A program made the position numbers and the translations under genes. A stretch of 64,000 bases of DNA from a phage. The notes under the pieces are model-generated. The model worked only from the letters and a program-made list of their open reading frames with translations. It ran no database searches and had not been told where the DNA came from. Position 1 is the stretch's first letter. Every line of letters begins with the position of its first letter. Shown here in pieces: positions 40,034 through 50,033 of the stretch. The DNA lies in assembly GCA_024613925.1 (NCBI GenBank), contig GCA_024613925.1_4713.1. One strand, written 5' to 3'.

Positions 40034-42106
40034 ATGAGGCTTAAGAATAGCACGCCTCGCGCGATTTTTACGGGCTTTAAAGAGGGTCTTACCACGGATC
40101 CGGTTACAGCCCCAGAGATCACGCCCATTCACCTCCCGTATGTTTTCATTCAGGGTGGTCGTGGTAAAGAGGACACCTTGCTGTTAACAGGGGACGCCCT
40201 GTCTACAGTCTACGGTGAAGATATGCTGAACTACCGCAGTAAGTACGCTTCTCCAGCAACACTGATTGCTCGCCAGGCTGCTTCTACAGGTAGCGCGATC
40301 TTCACAAAACGTTTGGTTGCACCGGATGCAACGGCAGCACGCATCCGTATCGGTGTTGAAGTGGTCGCCGATAAACTGGTCGTTTACCAGCGTAACGCTG
40401 ACGGGTCTTTCAAAAAGGACACCGGCGGCAACAAAATCCCTGACGGCGATAAAACCGTTGACGGGTTGAAAATGCGTTGGGTTGTTAACCACGACAAAGA
40501 TGCCGAAACACCGAATGCTTTCGGTAAAGATGAAGTGGTTCTCGGACAACTGACTGCAACAGGTGGTGCCCAGAGCAACTACTATCCTATTCTGGATGGA
40601 TTGGTGAGCTGGCGTGGTGCTGACGGGGACAACATCGGCTTACGTCTGGAAGCACCGACCGCGCTGAGCAGTAACCCTACCCGTACCGATATTATCGAAC
40701 GCATCGGTGCTTTCCTGTACCGCATTCAGTTCGTGGAACGCAAGTCTTCACGAACTGCGCCGACGGTCATTCGTACGATCGGCGGTATGGAACAAGAAAC
40801 CTTCGCGTTGCAGGAAGGTGTTATCCAGCCTGATGACGAAACCGATCTGTCCTTCGGTAAAGTGGTCGTTGATGCCTACGAGTATAATGAAACGGGTAAC
40901 ACCCCAATCTTTGCTCCAATGGATCAGATGCATCTTTATCAGAAGAACATCGATGACGTCGTCAAGATGCTGTACGAATCTGAAAGCAAAGTTAACAACG
41001 ATCTGTTAACCGACGTCGAATTCGTCGAAGGTCAGATGAACATCTTCACCGGTGTCGATTACAACGGCATTCCGTATCAAACCATCGAAGTTCTCGATGC
41101 GGATCAGGGCGGTGCTATCTTCGACGGTACCAGCACCTTCTACGCGATCGATGGTAGCGACGGCGACGTCAGCTGGGATACCTTCGATGCGTTAGCGAAG
41201 CAGCAGTTCGAATCGTTCGGCAACATGGGCGAAGATCTGGAAGACATGGCTTTCTATCCGTTCTCTATCGTGTATGACATTGGTTACAAAGTCGACACGA
41301 AGAAAGCGATGGCAAACGTCTTGTCTCTGCGTCCGGATGTCATGATCATTGCGTCAACCCATACCTGGAAGGGTGTGGAACTGAATGTCGATGAAGAAAG
41401 CTCCATGGGCGCAATGCTGCGTAACTACTATCGTCTGCATCCAGAAAGCGTGCTTTACAATACCCCAGCCTGTCGTGCTGCCGTATTCATGCAATACGGG
41501 GAGAGCATCGAAGCGCCAAGCCTGGGTAAAGTTCCGTTGACGCTGGAAGTTGCGAATAAACTGGCAACTTACATGGGTGCTTCGGATGGTGTTATCCGTG
41601 GTACTCGCATCGATAACAACCCTGGTAACGTTGTCACAACGATGCGTAAAATCAACAAGACGTATCGTAACGCAACGGTCCGTGATCGTGATTGGGAAAA
41701 CGGCTTGAACTATGTTCAGACCTACAACCGTAATTCCAACTTCTTCCCGGCTTGGGGCACGATCTACAATAACGACCGTTCGGTATGGCGTTCGTTGATC
41801 AACGTGATCATCGGTTGCGATCTGACTCGTGTCTGCTATCGTCTCTGGGCAGAAACCACCGGTACCACAGGAATGGATGAAGCGCTGTTCCTGAAACTGA
41901 TGGGCGAACGTTTCCTGGAATACACCACGGGCCGTTACAACGACCACGTGACTGTTAAGGGGCGTTTCTACCTGGATAAAGAAGACGGCTATAACGGCTT
42001 CAGCTATCACGGCGATATCAGCCTGATCGGCGATCCAGGCATGACCGTGGGTACGTTTACCATCACCGGGCTGCGTCGTAACACCGAAGCAGCAGAAGCG
42101 GCGTAA
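40034..42106 (+). CDS. tail sheath protein (candidate)
   Basis: 690 aa, close to recalled phiKZ sheath gp29 size; strong AAGGAGAG RBS; codon usage dominated by CGT/CTG/GGT suggesting high expression; followed by ~296-aa gene as in sheath-tube pairs; no alignment done. Confidence 0.45.
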   Translation: MRLKNSTPRAIFTGFKEGLTTDPVTAPEITPIHLPYVFIQGGRGKEDTLLLTGDALSTVYGEDMLNYRSKYASPATLIARQAASTGSAIFTKRLVAPDATAARIRIGVEVVADKLVVYQRNADGSFKKDTGGNKIPDGDKTVDGLKMRWVVNHDKDAETPNAFGKDEVVLGQLTATGGAQSNYYPILDGLVSWRGADGDNIGLRLEAPTALSSNPTRTDIIERIGAFLYRIQFVERKSSRTAPTVIRTIGGMEQETFALQEGVIQPDDETDLSFGKVVVDAYEYNETGNTPIFAPMDQMHLYQKNIDDVVKMLYESESKVNNDLLTDVEFVEGQMNIFTGVDYNGIPYQTIEVLDADQGGAIFDGTSTFYAIDGSDGDVSWDTFDALAKQQFESFGNMGEDLEDMAFYPFSIVYDIGYKVDTKKAMANVLSLRPDVMIIASTHTWKGVELNVDEESSMGAMLRNYYRLHPESVLYNTPACRAAVFMQYGESIEAPSLGKVPLTLEVANKLATYMGASDGVIRGTRIDNNPGNVVTTMRKINKTYRNATVRDRDWENGLNYVQTYNRNSNFFPAWGTIYNNDRSVWRSLINVIIGCDLTRVCYRLWAETTGTTGMDEALFLKLMGERFLEYTTGRYNDHVTVKGRFYLDKEDGYNGFSYHGDISLIGDPGMTVGTFTITGLRRNTEAAEAA

Positions 42107-42121
42107 TGAGAGGAGTCCATA

Positions 42122-43012
42122 ATGCGTCCTGATAATACCCTACTCGGTGAACAGGGTGTTGGTGCTCTTAGCAACGCGGCTATGGTCGATATTCGTGCGG
42201 GTGCCCAAAACGGGTACATCAGCAATATCGGTACGTACGTTGCTAACGCCAACTACATTCCGAACCAAATGTTCTGTCTCCTGCTGGAGGCACCACGTGG
42301 TTTCAACTATCTACCTAACCCGGATGTACAGATTGGTTATCTGAAGGCGCTGGTAGAAGAGGTTGCGCATTCGATTACCGGTCTGCAACGCGGACTGGAA
42401 GTTGAATTCGTTAGCGTCCCGGTTTCTGGTTCCGGTGAAATCCAGGAAGAAGTCTCTGACGTTAAACGTCCTCGCTCTAACCCGACTTTCGGGATCTATG
42501 AGAAAGAAGGTCGTTCCGTTAGTTACTTCCTGGAACAATGGATCACGTATCTGTTGATGGATCCGGATGCCAAATATCCGATGTTGTCGTCTATCGTATC
42601 CACCGGTGGTCCAACCGACCTGCTGGCGGATTATCGTAGCGCAACAATGCTGTTCGTTGAGCCAGACCGTCAACACAAGAAAGTGGTTAACGCCTGGCTG
42701 TGCACGAACATGATGCCTCACGGTACCGGTGACTGGACATCACGTCGTAACAAGAACGATGCGCCAAACGTGGTAGAATTGAGCATTCAGTTCACTGCGT
42801 TAACACAGACCAACTATGGCGTGCGTGCTTTTGCACAACGTCTGCTGGATAAGATGAACCTGCTTAAAGTGAACCCGGATTTCCGTCCGGCTTATCTGAG
42901 TGACATCGATCCGGCTGTGGCAGCGCAGAAGGTTGGCTATACCTTCGACTTTGATAACAACGATACCTTTGAGGTACCGAATACTTATCAAAACGTAACA
43001 CCTCGCGTGTAA
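42122..43012 (+). CDS. tail tube protein (candidate)
   Basis: 296-aa ORF 15 nt downstream of sheath candidate, GAGGAG RBS, followed by strong terminator. Confidence 0.4.
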   Translation: MRPDNTLLGEQGVGALSNAAMVDIRAGAQNGYISNIGTYVANANYIPNQMFCLLLEAPRGFNYLPNPDVQIGYLKALVEEVAHSITGLQRGLEVEFVSVPVSGSGEIQEEVSDVKRPRSNPTFGIYEKEGRSVSYFLEQWITYLLMDPDAKYPMLSSIVSTGGPTDLLADYRSATMLFVEPDRQHKKVVNAWLCTNMMPHGTGDWTSRRNKNDAPNVVELSIQFTALTQTNYGVRAFAQRLLDKMNLLKVNPDFRPAYLSDIDPAVAAQKVGYTFDFDNNDTFEVPNTYQNVTPRV

Positions 43013-43039
43013 CGTAAAAAAAAAAAGCATATTAACCTC

Positions 43040-43076
43040 CCTTCCTTCCCTAGCCGTCAAGGCCGGGGAAGGAAGG
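43040..43076. terminator. bidirectional terminator: A11 tract, hairpin CCTTCCTTCCC..GGGAAGGAAGG, TTTATGGTTTATTT
   Basis: 10-bp stem flanked by A-run (5') and T-rich run (3') between convergent genes. Confidence 0.55.
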
Positions 43077-43088
43077 TTTATGGTTTAT

Positions 43089-43628
43089 TTACTGTGTGTT
43101 CTTAGCTTCACGAATGAAAATGACATCAGGATATTCTTGGGATTCAATGAATTCAGGATTACGATAACGACGAATATGACGCATCGTTGTACAAGCAAGT
43201 TTGTAAAGATGTTCCTCCTCACGTTGTGTTAATAACATCAGTTGCGCGTCTGGAATCACGAACGGGAGTCTTTCACGCACATATTCCTGAAGGTCATCGA
43301 GATCATCGTGATGAATGCCCTCTGAGAGCTTATATAACGCTTCCAGCAATTCTAATCCACCGAACTGGTAACTTCCTATTGTTGTCTTAAACAGTGCGCC
43401 AGAACGCGTGGTGGATGCTCTATCGGCGACATCGTATTGTTCTAACATATATCCGTAGACCATGCTACGTCGATCCAGTGTATCCGTAACGAGATTACGC
43501 CACCGTTCCAATCTTTCGAGCGCTTTGTCGATAGAGTAAACGATCATGCCATGTTCATCCAACTCTTCCGCAATACCCAATAGTTCGTTGTTGTTAGGTT
43601 TTGCTGCACCGATAAGAAAAACACTCAT
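43089..43628 (-). CDS. hypothetical protein
   Basis: 179-aa ORF; ATGA overlap with upstream ORF. Confidence 0.45.
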   Translation of the reverse strand: MSVFLIGAAKPNNNELLGIAEELDEHGMIVYSIDKALERLERWRNLVTDTLDRRSMVYGYMLEQYDVADRASTTRSGALFKTTIGSYQFGGLELLEALYKLSEGIHHDDLDDLQEYVRERLPFVIPDAQLMLLTQREEEHLYKLACTTMRHIRRYRNPEFIESQEYPDVIFIREAKNTQ

Positions 43629-44041
43629 TACTCAAACTCCTTATTCCAAAACTCGATTAATGAATCGAGCTGTTCCTTACTGGTTATCTCACCTCCCCTA
43701 ACAAAATGAAATCGTTCTTGAATGGCGATCTTTTCCAGGATATCGGTAAGCAAATGACGGTGACAGAAATTTCCTGCAGGACAATAACACCCTAACACCA
43801 CAACCGGATGGGAGAATAAAGCCAGCCACTCCGATGTATGATCAACAAAGCTTTTGCGCATAAGCGTGTAATAGCCTGAGGTATATTCATCCTCGGTTAA
43901 CGTTTTTGATTTGATTCCTGTAACAAGTTCCCACGATGGTGCGAAGAGTGGGTTACCTGTTTTCACCGTCGTGTCCAGTAGGAACGCTCGTGTGTCTGAA
44001 AGCCAACGATATTTGGCTAATTGAAGGGTGTATAAAAACAC
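43628..44041 (-). CDS. hypothetical protein (Cys/His cluster CYCPAGNFCHRH)
   Basis: 137-aa track ORF begins at GTG; true start uncertain. Confidence 0.35.
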   Translation of the reverse strand: MFLYTLQLAKYRWLSDTRAFLLDTTVKTGNPLFAPSWELVTGIKSKTLTEDEYTSGYYTLMRKSFVDHTSEWLALFSHPVVVLGCYCPAGNFCHRHLLTDILEKIAIQERFHFVRGGEITSKEQLDSLIEFWNKEFE

Positions 44042-44144
44042 AGCGCTAACCCCAAAGGATAAAAATAAAACCTTGACATAACCACCACCGCAACCCCATA
44101 CAGGGCTACGGTGGGGTCATACAGAGAGACGTGTTAGGTTACAA

Positions 44145-44624
44145 TCAGTCTTTCAGCAGCTCAGCCGCATACGCACTGATGTTGTCGCGAATATGCTTAA
44201 CCTGAGTTGTCGGGAAAGATTTCTTATACGCGGTGGTCAGGCGTCCGTAAACCTGTTTCTTCTCGTTAGAGCCGAAACCAACTTCAGCGCTACGTTGAAC
44301 CGTTGCGGACACAACGTCTTTGCCCAGCGGCAGGGTTACAGAAACAACGTCAACCTGTTTGTTATCCGCCATGAACTGCGCGCCAACGCGGCCAACCGCC
44401 AGACCGTGAGCCAGACCGATATCGGTGGTCAGTTTCTGTGCTTTTTCCAGGATTTCTTTTTCTTCCGGCGTTACCAGAGTACCCAGGAAATCACTACCTA
44501 ACTTCTGGCTACCAGATTCGTCCAGTTTAATACCAGCGGCGATTTTATCAGAAAGAGCCTGAACTTCCGGACGTACGTTAGAAGTGGTTTCAGTCGCTAC
44601 GGTGGTTTCTACAGCTTCAGACAT
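44145..44624 (-). CDS. hypothetical abundant early protein
   Basis: 159 aa; GGAG 7 nt upstream; early-promoter motif ~125 nt upstream; codon usage looks highly optimised. Confidence 0.5.
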   Translation of the reverse strand: MSEAVETTVATETTSNVRPEVQALSDKIAAGIKLDESGSQKLGSDFLGTLVTPEEKEILEKAQKLTTDIGLAHGLAVGRVGAQFMADNKQVDVVSVTLPLGKDVVSATVQRSAEVGFGSNEKKQVYGRLTTAYKKSFPTTQVKHIRDNISAYAAELLKD

Positions 44625-44739
44625 GTTAATACTCCAATTAGTTTTTTCGATCGATCAAAAGGATAAAATCAGAAGATTCTTTCTTCATAGGGAAAACACA
44701 AGTCGGTTAAGGTTTACTTCTTAAACTCCTTGCGTTCTA

Positions 44740-44762
44740 TCAGTTAGGTAATATAGACCTCA
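44740..44762 (-). promoter_or_regulatory. early-promoter-like motif (minus-strand GTCTATATTACCTAACTG)
   Basis: Fourth copy of conserved motif; overlaps stop codon of upstream gene 44760..45560. Confidence 0.45.
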
Positions 44763-45560
44763 ACTTTTTTCCAATAATGCCGCAACGTTCCGCGCGAAAC
44801 GAATTACCTTGTAATTGCGGGTCTGTTTGATATCTTCTTCCCCATCACTGTCACCTTCTGACGGATCTTCCCACATGAAGTCTTGTTCGTCCGCTTTCTG
44901 TAAGTAGCGGTATAACTGCACCATGCTGCGTGCGGTCGGAGAGATAGCGCGAAGCTCATCCAATTCTTCATCCGTCAACAGAACGTGCGATGAACGCAGC
45001 GGCTCCATTGTCGTATTACACAACAGACGAATCAGCAGATCGACGCACGGAATAACAGAACCTGGCGATGCGATTTCTGGATGTAACGTATAACCCCAAT
45101 ATACGGTGTTAAAATACGTCAAAACAGCAGGTAGTGACGGATGTTCCATCGCACGGCCAATTTGTTGTCTTACGATAGATGCACGATCGTTCAACACATC
45201 GAAAGTAATCTGCTGCGGTTCCATAACCGCAAGTGAAATACCGTACGCGTCAGCCACGCCCAGGATTTCATGAAGGGTCGAACGTTCTTCTTCGGCGGAT
45301 ATTGTCCCGATTGCTTTACGCCCTGCAAGGTCAATCAGCATCGGTGAAACAGCTTCTTTAACCGCATTAAAAGAAGCCTGGTAAGCGTGTTTGTGAATAT
45401 ACAGTGTCCACGCTAATGCGCGCTCAGCCGCATGAAGCAGATCGACATAAGACAGTTCTTGATGGCATGGGCCATACACACTCACAGCAAGCTTGGTGGC
45501 TTTCTCAGAGGCTTGCATAATAACATCTGGTGATTTAGGCATATCGCGTTCTTCTTGCAT
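44760..45560 (-). CDS. hypothetical protein
   Basis: 266-aa ORF; hairpin+TTTATGCCG element ~100 nt upstream. Confidence 0.5.
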   Translation of the reverse strand: MQEERDMPKSPDVIMQASEKATKLAVSVYGPCHQELSYVDLLHAAERALAWTLYIHKHAYQASFNAVKEAVSPMLIDLAGRKAIGTISAEEERSTLHEILGVADAYGISLAVMEPQQITFDVLNDRASIVRQQIGRAMEHPSLPAVLTYFNTVYWGYTLHPEIASPGSVIPCVDLLIRLLCNTTMEPLRSSHVLLTDEELDELRAISPTARSMVQLYRYLQKADEQDFMWEDPSEGDSDGEEDIKQTRNYKVIRFARNVAALLEKS

Positions 45561-45663
45561 CTTTTTAAATTCCTACTTAACAATAAAGTTCATATACGGC
45601 GTATGTATCCGTAGAATAATGGGTTCTGGTAAGATCTTACATCAAAATGACGGCATAAAAAGT

Positions 45664-45691
45664 ACCTCCTTACCCACATGGGTAAGGAGGT
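45664..45691 (-). terminator. hairpin ACCTCCTTACCC..GGGTAAGGAGGT followed on minus strand by ACTTTTTATGCCG
   Basis: 12-bp stem; T5 run on minus strand. Confidence 0.5.
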
Positions 45692-45842
45692 TCGTCCATC
45701 ACGACGAAAGGACGTTATGTGACGCGGTGTCCATAACGGCCCTGGTAGCAGGCATTAAAGATAACAAAAAGGATGTAAGTTGAGCTAAACCACCTAAATA
45801 CGGTAACGATTACTTCCGTACACAATATAACGCAACATCTTT

Positions 45843-46652
45843 TTACCAATGATTAAAGCTGCCCGCTTTAACGACGTCGCAACGCAGATGGTTACGTAAC
45901 TGATCCAGGAAGACAACCGGACTGTCGCCAGACAACATAGCCAGCGCGTGTTGACCGCCTGAACGAACAACAAGCTCATCAACCATTGGTGCTGTAATCG
46001 GGAGATCATACGCATCCATGATTGCTTTAGCTTGTTGTTCTACGTCTTTCTGGAACCCTTCCATCGTCGGAGAGTCATATTTGGTTGCAAACTCGATCCC
46101 TGGCAAGTTAACGTAATCATAAGTCATGACGCGGGTCATAACACGACGGCGCTCACGTTGCCAGATCTGAGGATCGGTTAACGCGCGAACCGAAAAACAC
46201 ACGTTCACCAGCGGCGTTTCAAAATCTTTACGTAATGGATCGCCGTACGGCCCGCAAGGAATAACATCCCCCATCACCATCACGACAGGACGCCCACGAC
46301 GATCACGTCCAGCTTCTTCTAACCAAATCTTAGAAAAACAGTGGCTCACCTTCGTTTCTTCGATTCGTAATGCTCGCTGCAAAAAGCTGGTTGCATCCTG
46401 ACCGATCTCTGGTTTAGGGTGACCGTATTCCCCTTTCAACGAACGATTGCGTGCGTTTGTTTGCAATAAGCTGTTTTCCAGGAACAACGGTTTCGAACGC
46501 TCAAGTTCGTAATACTCTTCGGTATTGTTAAAACAGTTAAATCCGCCTATAACACAGGTGTAGGCACCGTCAGCATTAGGACGGATAATACCTTTCTTAT
46601 TCACACCAAGATAACTGGTGCAAACAAGATTACTAATTGGTGGTTGCATCAT
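45843..46652 (-). CDS. hypothetical protein
   Basis: 269-aa ORF; AAAGGGG upstream; TTGACGTAAAAG motif ~45 nt upstream. Confidence 0.5.
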   Translation of the reverse strand: MMQPPISNLVCTSYLGVNKKGIIRPNADGAYTCVIGGFNCFNNTEEYYELERSKPLFLENSLLQTNARNRSLKGEYGHPKPEIGQDATSFLQRALRIEETKVSHCFSKIWLEEAGRDRRGRPVVMVMGDVIPCGPYGDPLRKDFETPLVNVCFSVRALTDPQIWQRERRRVMTRVMTYDYVNLPGIEFATKYDSPTMEGFQKDVEQQAKAIMDAYDLPITAPMVDELVVRSGGQHALAMLSGDSPVVFLDQLRNHLRCDVVKAGSFNHW

Positions 46653-46731
46653 AACCCCTTTATAAGCAACTGAGTGAAAAAAGCGTTACATTCCCGCTTT
46701 TACGTCAAGAAGGTGACGCGTAAGCGTTATA

Positions 46732-47463
46732 TCACCATTCATACGATCCGGCGCACTGATGCCCCAATAGTACCAACGCGTCGTCTTTGGCCGCCAGATA
46801 TTTTTCTAACGTTATCCGTGAAACAGACACATTAGAGAAATCCATCACCCCTAAGCGATGATCGTAATGGTTAATTTGCATCCGGTAATAACCTTTCTTT
46901 ACCACCAGAAACTCACCTTGACGCAACCATAGCGGAACGTTATCAACCTCCGCATGGATATAAAACACCGGACATTCTGTCGTAACGGAGTTTTCCTTCC
47001 CATCGCTATCTGTAATCTTCCCTTTGGGAACAGCCGCGATAAAACATTCTCCGATACGCTCGGTTTGGTACCCGTTTGGATAGCGCGGATCGTGAAATAA
47101 CCAATGTTCGTCGCTAATATCAACATCGGATAATAACGTACGATGCGGACGTAGGGCGATATCAAACGGAACACGATAGATAACGTACCCACCTAACCAA
47201 TGGGCTAAATGACCACCAGAATAGTACTGCTTGATTGCGGTACTGTATCCGTATATACAACCCATCAAACTGCTAGATACACAGATCCTTGGAAACGACC
47301 CGTCTTCCATACGCAAGGTACGTTGTGGGATACGCGGCATCATCGTTTTCAGTTCGGTATCGGTGCTAATATGCAATAAACCGAAAGGAAGCGTTTTACT
47401 CGGCACCCACGCGCAACGTTCCATAATCGCTCTTGGGACAATAGTCTCGATAGACGATAACAT
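46732..47463 (-). CDS. hypothetical protein
   Basis: 243-aa ORF. Confidence 0.45.
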   Translation of the reverse strand: MLSSIETIVPRAIMERCAWVPSKTLPFGLLHISTDTELKTMMPRIPQRTLRMEDGSFPRICVSSSLMGCIYGYSTAIKQYYSGGHLAHWLGGYVIYRVPFDIALRPHRTLLSDVDISDEHWLFHDPRYPNGYQTERIGECFIAAVPKGKITDSDGKENSVTTECPVFYIHAEVDNVPLWLRQGEFLVVKKGYYRMQINHYDHRLGVMDFSNVSVSRITLEKYLAAKDDALVLLGHQCAGSYEW

Positions 47464-47464
47464 A

Positions 47465-48175
47465 TCACCCCCTCAGAATCGCTTCTGTTTCGCTGATCGT
47501 ATCCGCAGGATAAACCAAACTACTATCGATTGCGTTATTCACGTAACCACCCATTAAGTTGGTGATGGTGTTTGTACCACTATCGATAATGTTTCGTAAT
47601 CCGATATCGATGGCTTTTAAGGTGCTGCGTTCCTCATCCGAAAGCAGACGCCACGCTCGACGACGATCGTTGGGGTCACGTGTGGTGATAGACGCCAGAA
47701 CAGAATAGATGCTGCTGTCTGCGTTCAATTTAACGCCCGCCAATTTCGCTGACGTATAGAGCAGCTGATATTTTTCTTTTTCGGTGTACCACCATGGCAC
47801 CTTACCGAGCGTATAGATCTCGTTATACATCAGCCATGGGAAAGAGTTTCGCATCACGACATCGGTTGACACCAACACCGTGTCGCCGGGAAGAAACACA
47901 AATTCATAAAACGGCTGACCATCCATGGTAATCTCACGGATGTCAGACGGGTCGATATGGAGCTGGGTCAATGCGTGGCTGACACCATACTGACCATCGG
48001 GAAGAATAATCGGGCAGCACGCACAAACCCGGTTCTCACTCCCGATGATAGATAAACCCAATCCCTCGTAACGGACGGGTGTCAGAATCGAACACCCGCC
48101 ACGAGTAACAACAGATTTATCTTCTTGTATGTCCCAGTCCGCAAGCACCGCAGCACCGTTGCGGACAAGCGCCAT
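47465..48175 (-). CDS. hypothetical protein
   Basis: 236-aa ORF, 1-nt gap to neighbours (operon-like). Confidence 0.45.
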   Translation of the reverse strand: MALVRNGAAVLADWDIQEDKSVVTRGGCSILTPVRYEGLGLSIIGSENRVCACCPIILPDGQYGVSHALTQLHIDPSDIREITMDGQPFYEFVFLPGDTVLVSTDVVMRNSFPWLMYNEIYTLGKVPWWYTEKEKYQLLYTSAKLAGVKLNADSSIYSVLASITTRDPNDRRRAWRLLSDEERSTLKAIDIGLRNIIDSGTNTITNLMGGYVNNAIDSSLVYPADTISETEAILRG

Positions 48176-49699
48176 TTACACCTCGCTAACCTGGATAACG
48201 TAAAGCTGTTGGGCCACGTAATCGGTGGTCAGATGCATTGTTGCGATGGTCGCAGCTTCGAATACCGTGAGTTCAGGACGTTCACGCATAATCAAATCGA
48301 TCTCGTCGATGAGACGGTTAACGCCTTGAGCGTCTTCGTGATGCATGGTTTTCACGTACAGCGTACGGAAATACTGCTGGAAGTTAGCTACGTCGGTATC
48401 GGTAAGGGTAGCAACTTCACCACGTACGATTTCCATAACCTTCTTACGGGTATCTTCATCGAGGTCCACTGTAATCAGGTCAGCAAATACGCCCTGCAAT
48501 GCCAACGCGTATGCACGTAAACGGTTTGCAGCTTGCTGGCTGGCTTTCATGTTGATGTAGTTACGGTAATGTTGCATGAAACCAGCACCGTTAGCCAACA
48601 GTTCGTCTTTACTGATGAGTTCGCGTTCTAACAGGACAGCTGCGGTCAGTGCTTCCGGCGAACCACCTTCTTGCAGATAACCCATGTAGACATCTGCGTT
48701 AACGAAAATCGTCATCGCTGACGCGTCTTCAGCACGTTGAATCTGAGAAGCTGACGGTGCAGAAAGAATCAGTTCACCACGCTCCATACGCAGGATACGA
48801 TCACGACCGACGCGGGCCATCCCGTTGATCGCCGCAGCACGAGCTTGTTGCATTTTAGCGCGGTAGTTTTCAAGCATCATGTCGTTGCCGTCCTGGATAT
48901 CTTCCAGCAGGTTAACGGCCCACATATAGCAGAGGAATGCAGGAGTTGCCGCAGCGCGGGAACCGTGGAATGCAACATTATCGCTATCCGGATATGTAAT
49001 CAGATAAGCGGTGTTGTTTGAAGAAGGAGCAGAACCACGGAAGAAATAGTTGTAGATGTCTTCCAGTGCCTGATCGCTCATCCCTTCCGTCGCTTGCTGC
49101 ACAAAACGATCCAGGTTTTCATTACCGGTATACAGCAACGTACGCAGCTTATCACCGGTGATAAACGCAAGCTTTCCGGTTGGGGTGAAATCGTTATTAA
49201 TCGAAATCAAGCCGTTGAGGTCGTAATCGCTAACTAAGGTCTGGTACTCTTCGGAGTTATAAAACTCAGGATAGTAACTCAGACTTACTGTCGGGATCAG
49301 TTTCGGTGCCAGGATGATCGAATCGATACGTTTTTCCAGTTCCGGGTACAGCGCACGGCATTTCGGCAGGATGGTATTACGCGCCAACTCTTTGGCATAC
49401 ACCACTTTTTCCACCACGTCTTGAACTGCGGTCTGTAAAACTTCATCGTGGATATAAACCTCGCGTTCGCTGGCAGGTGCTACAGCGCCATCTTCGGTTT
49501 CATCAAGTGTTTCAGCAACAACCATACGTTCAGCACTAAGCTGCACCAACGCATCCGCGTCTTCCGGTGGCTGGTTCCAATGCATGGTTTCACAAACCGC
49601 GGCTAACGGCGTACCTGGAATGGCTGCGACGATTTGGTTACGTTTGATAAACCCTTCGACAATGGGTTCAACGGCATAAACGGTTTTATTGGTGATCAT
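48176..49699 (-). CDS. hypothetical protein
   Basis: 507-aa ORF. Confidence 0.5.
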   Translation of the reverse strand: MITNKTVYAVEPIVEGFIKRNQIVAAIPGTPLAAVCETMHWNQPPEDADALVQLSAERMVVAETLDETEDGAVAPASEREVYIHDEVLQTAVQDVVEKVVYAKELARNTILPKCRALYPELEKRIDSIILAPKLIPTVSLSYYPEFYNSEEYQTLVSDYDLNGLISINNDFTPTGKLAFITGDKLRTLLYTGNENLDRFVQQATEGMSDQALEDIYNYFFRGSAPSSNNTAYLITYPDSDNVAFHGSRAAATPAFLCYMWAVNLLEDIQDGNDMMLENYRAKMQQARAAAINGMARVGRDRILRMERGELILSAPSASQIQRAEDASAMTIFVNADVYMGYLQEGGSPEALTAAVLLERELISKDELLANGAGFMQHYRNYINMKASQQAANRLRAYALALQGVFADLITVDLDEDTRKKVMEIVRGEVATLTDTDVANFQQYFRTLYVKTMHHEDAQGVNRLIDEIDLIMRERPELTVFEAATIATMHLTTDYVAQQLYVIQVSEV

Positions 49700-49932
49700 T
49701 ACTGCGCTCCCTCCAACGCATTACTACCTACGGGTTCTTTGGTTTCCAGACGGCTGTTTAAGCGCGCAGCAACCGCATCTTCCAATCCCAACGGCATAAC
49801 CTTTTTGTTCACGTCAGGATCGGCGGCATCATTACCAACGGTTTGACGTACGACCTCAGCAACCAACGTTACCGCGTTCGTCAGCGCAACAAAGCTCGCT
49901 GCCCGAGCTGTGTTAAGTTGTTCTTGGTTCAT
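49699..49932 (-). CDS. hypothetical small protein
   Basis: 77-aa ORF with AGGAAAAG upstream and the palindrome CTTGACGTACGTCAAG ~35 nt upstream. Confidence 0.35.
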   Translation of the reverse strand: MNQEQLNTARAASFVALTNAVTLVAEVVRQTVGNDAADPDVNKKVMPLGLEDAVAARLNSRLETKEPVGSNALEGAQ

Positions 49933-50007
49933 TCACTTTTCCTTTTAATGTCAGAGCATCGCATTCTTGACGTACGTCAAGAAGGTATTGCGTTCAGCGA
50001 AATAAAC

Positions 50008-50033
50008 GAGCAGGGGCATGAAGCCCCTTGCTC
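50008..50033 (-). terminator. hairpin immediately downstream of beta-subunit stop codon
   Basis: GAGCAGGGGC..GCCCCTTGCTC inverted repeat. Confidence 0.4.

Noticed and set aside
40034-42106. Alternative call of the 690-aa protein as major capsid protein
   Set aside because: Size and the following ~300-aa gene fit the recalled phiKZ sheath-tube pair better than the ~750-aa capsid protein; kept as sheath candidate at moderate confidence
44060-44100. Sigma70-like -35 hexamer TTGACA on the plus strand
   Set aside because: No acceptable -10 at 16-19 bp spacing and the orientation points into convergent minus-strand genes
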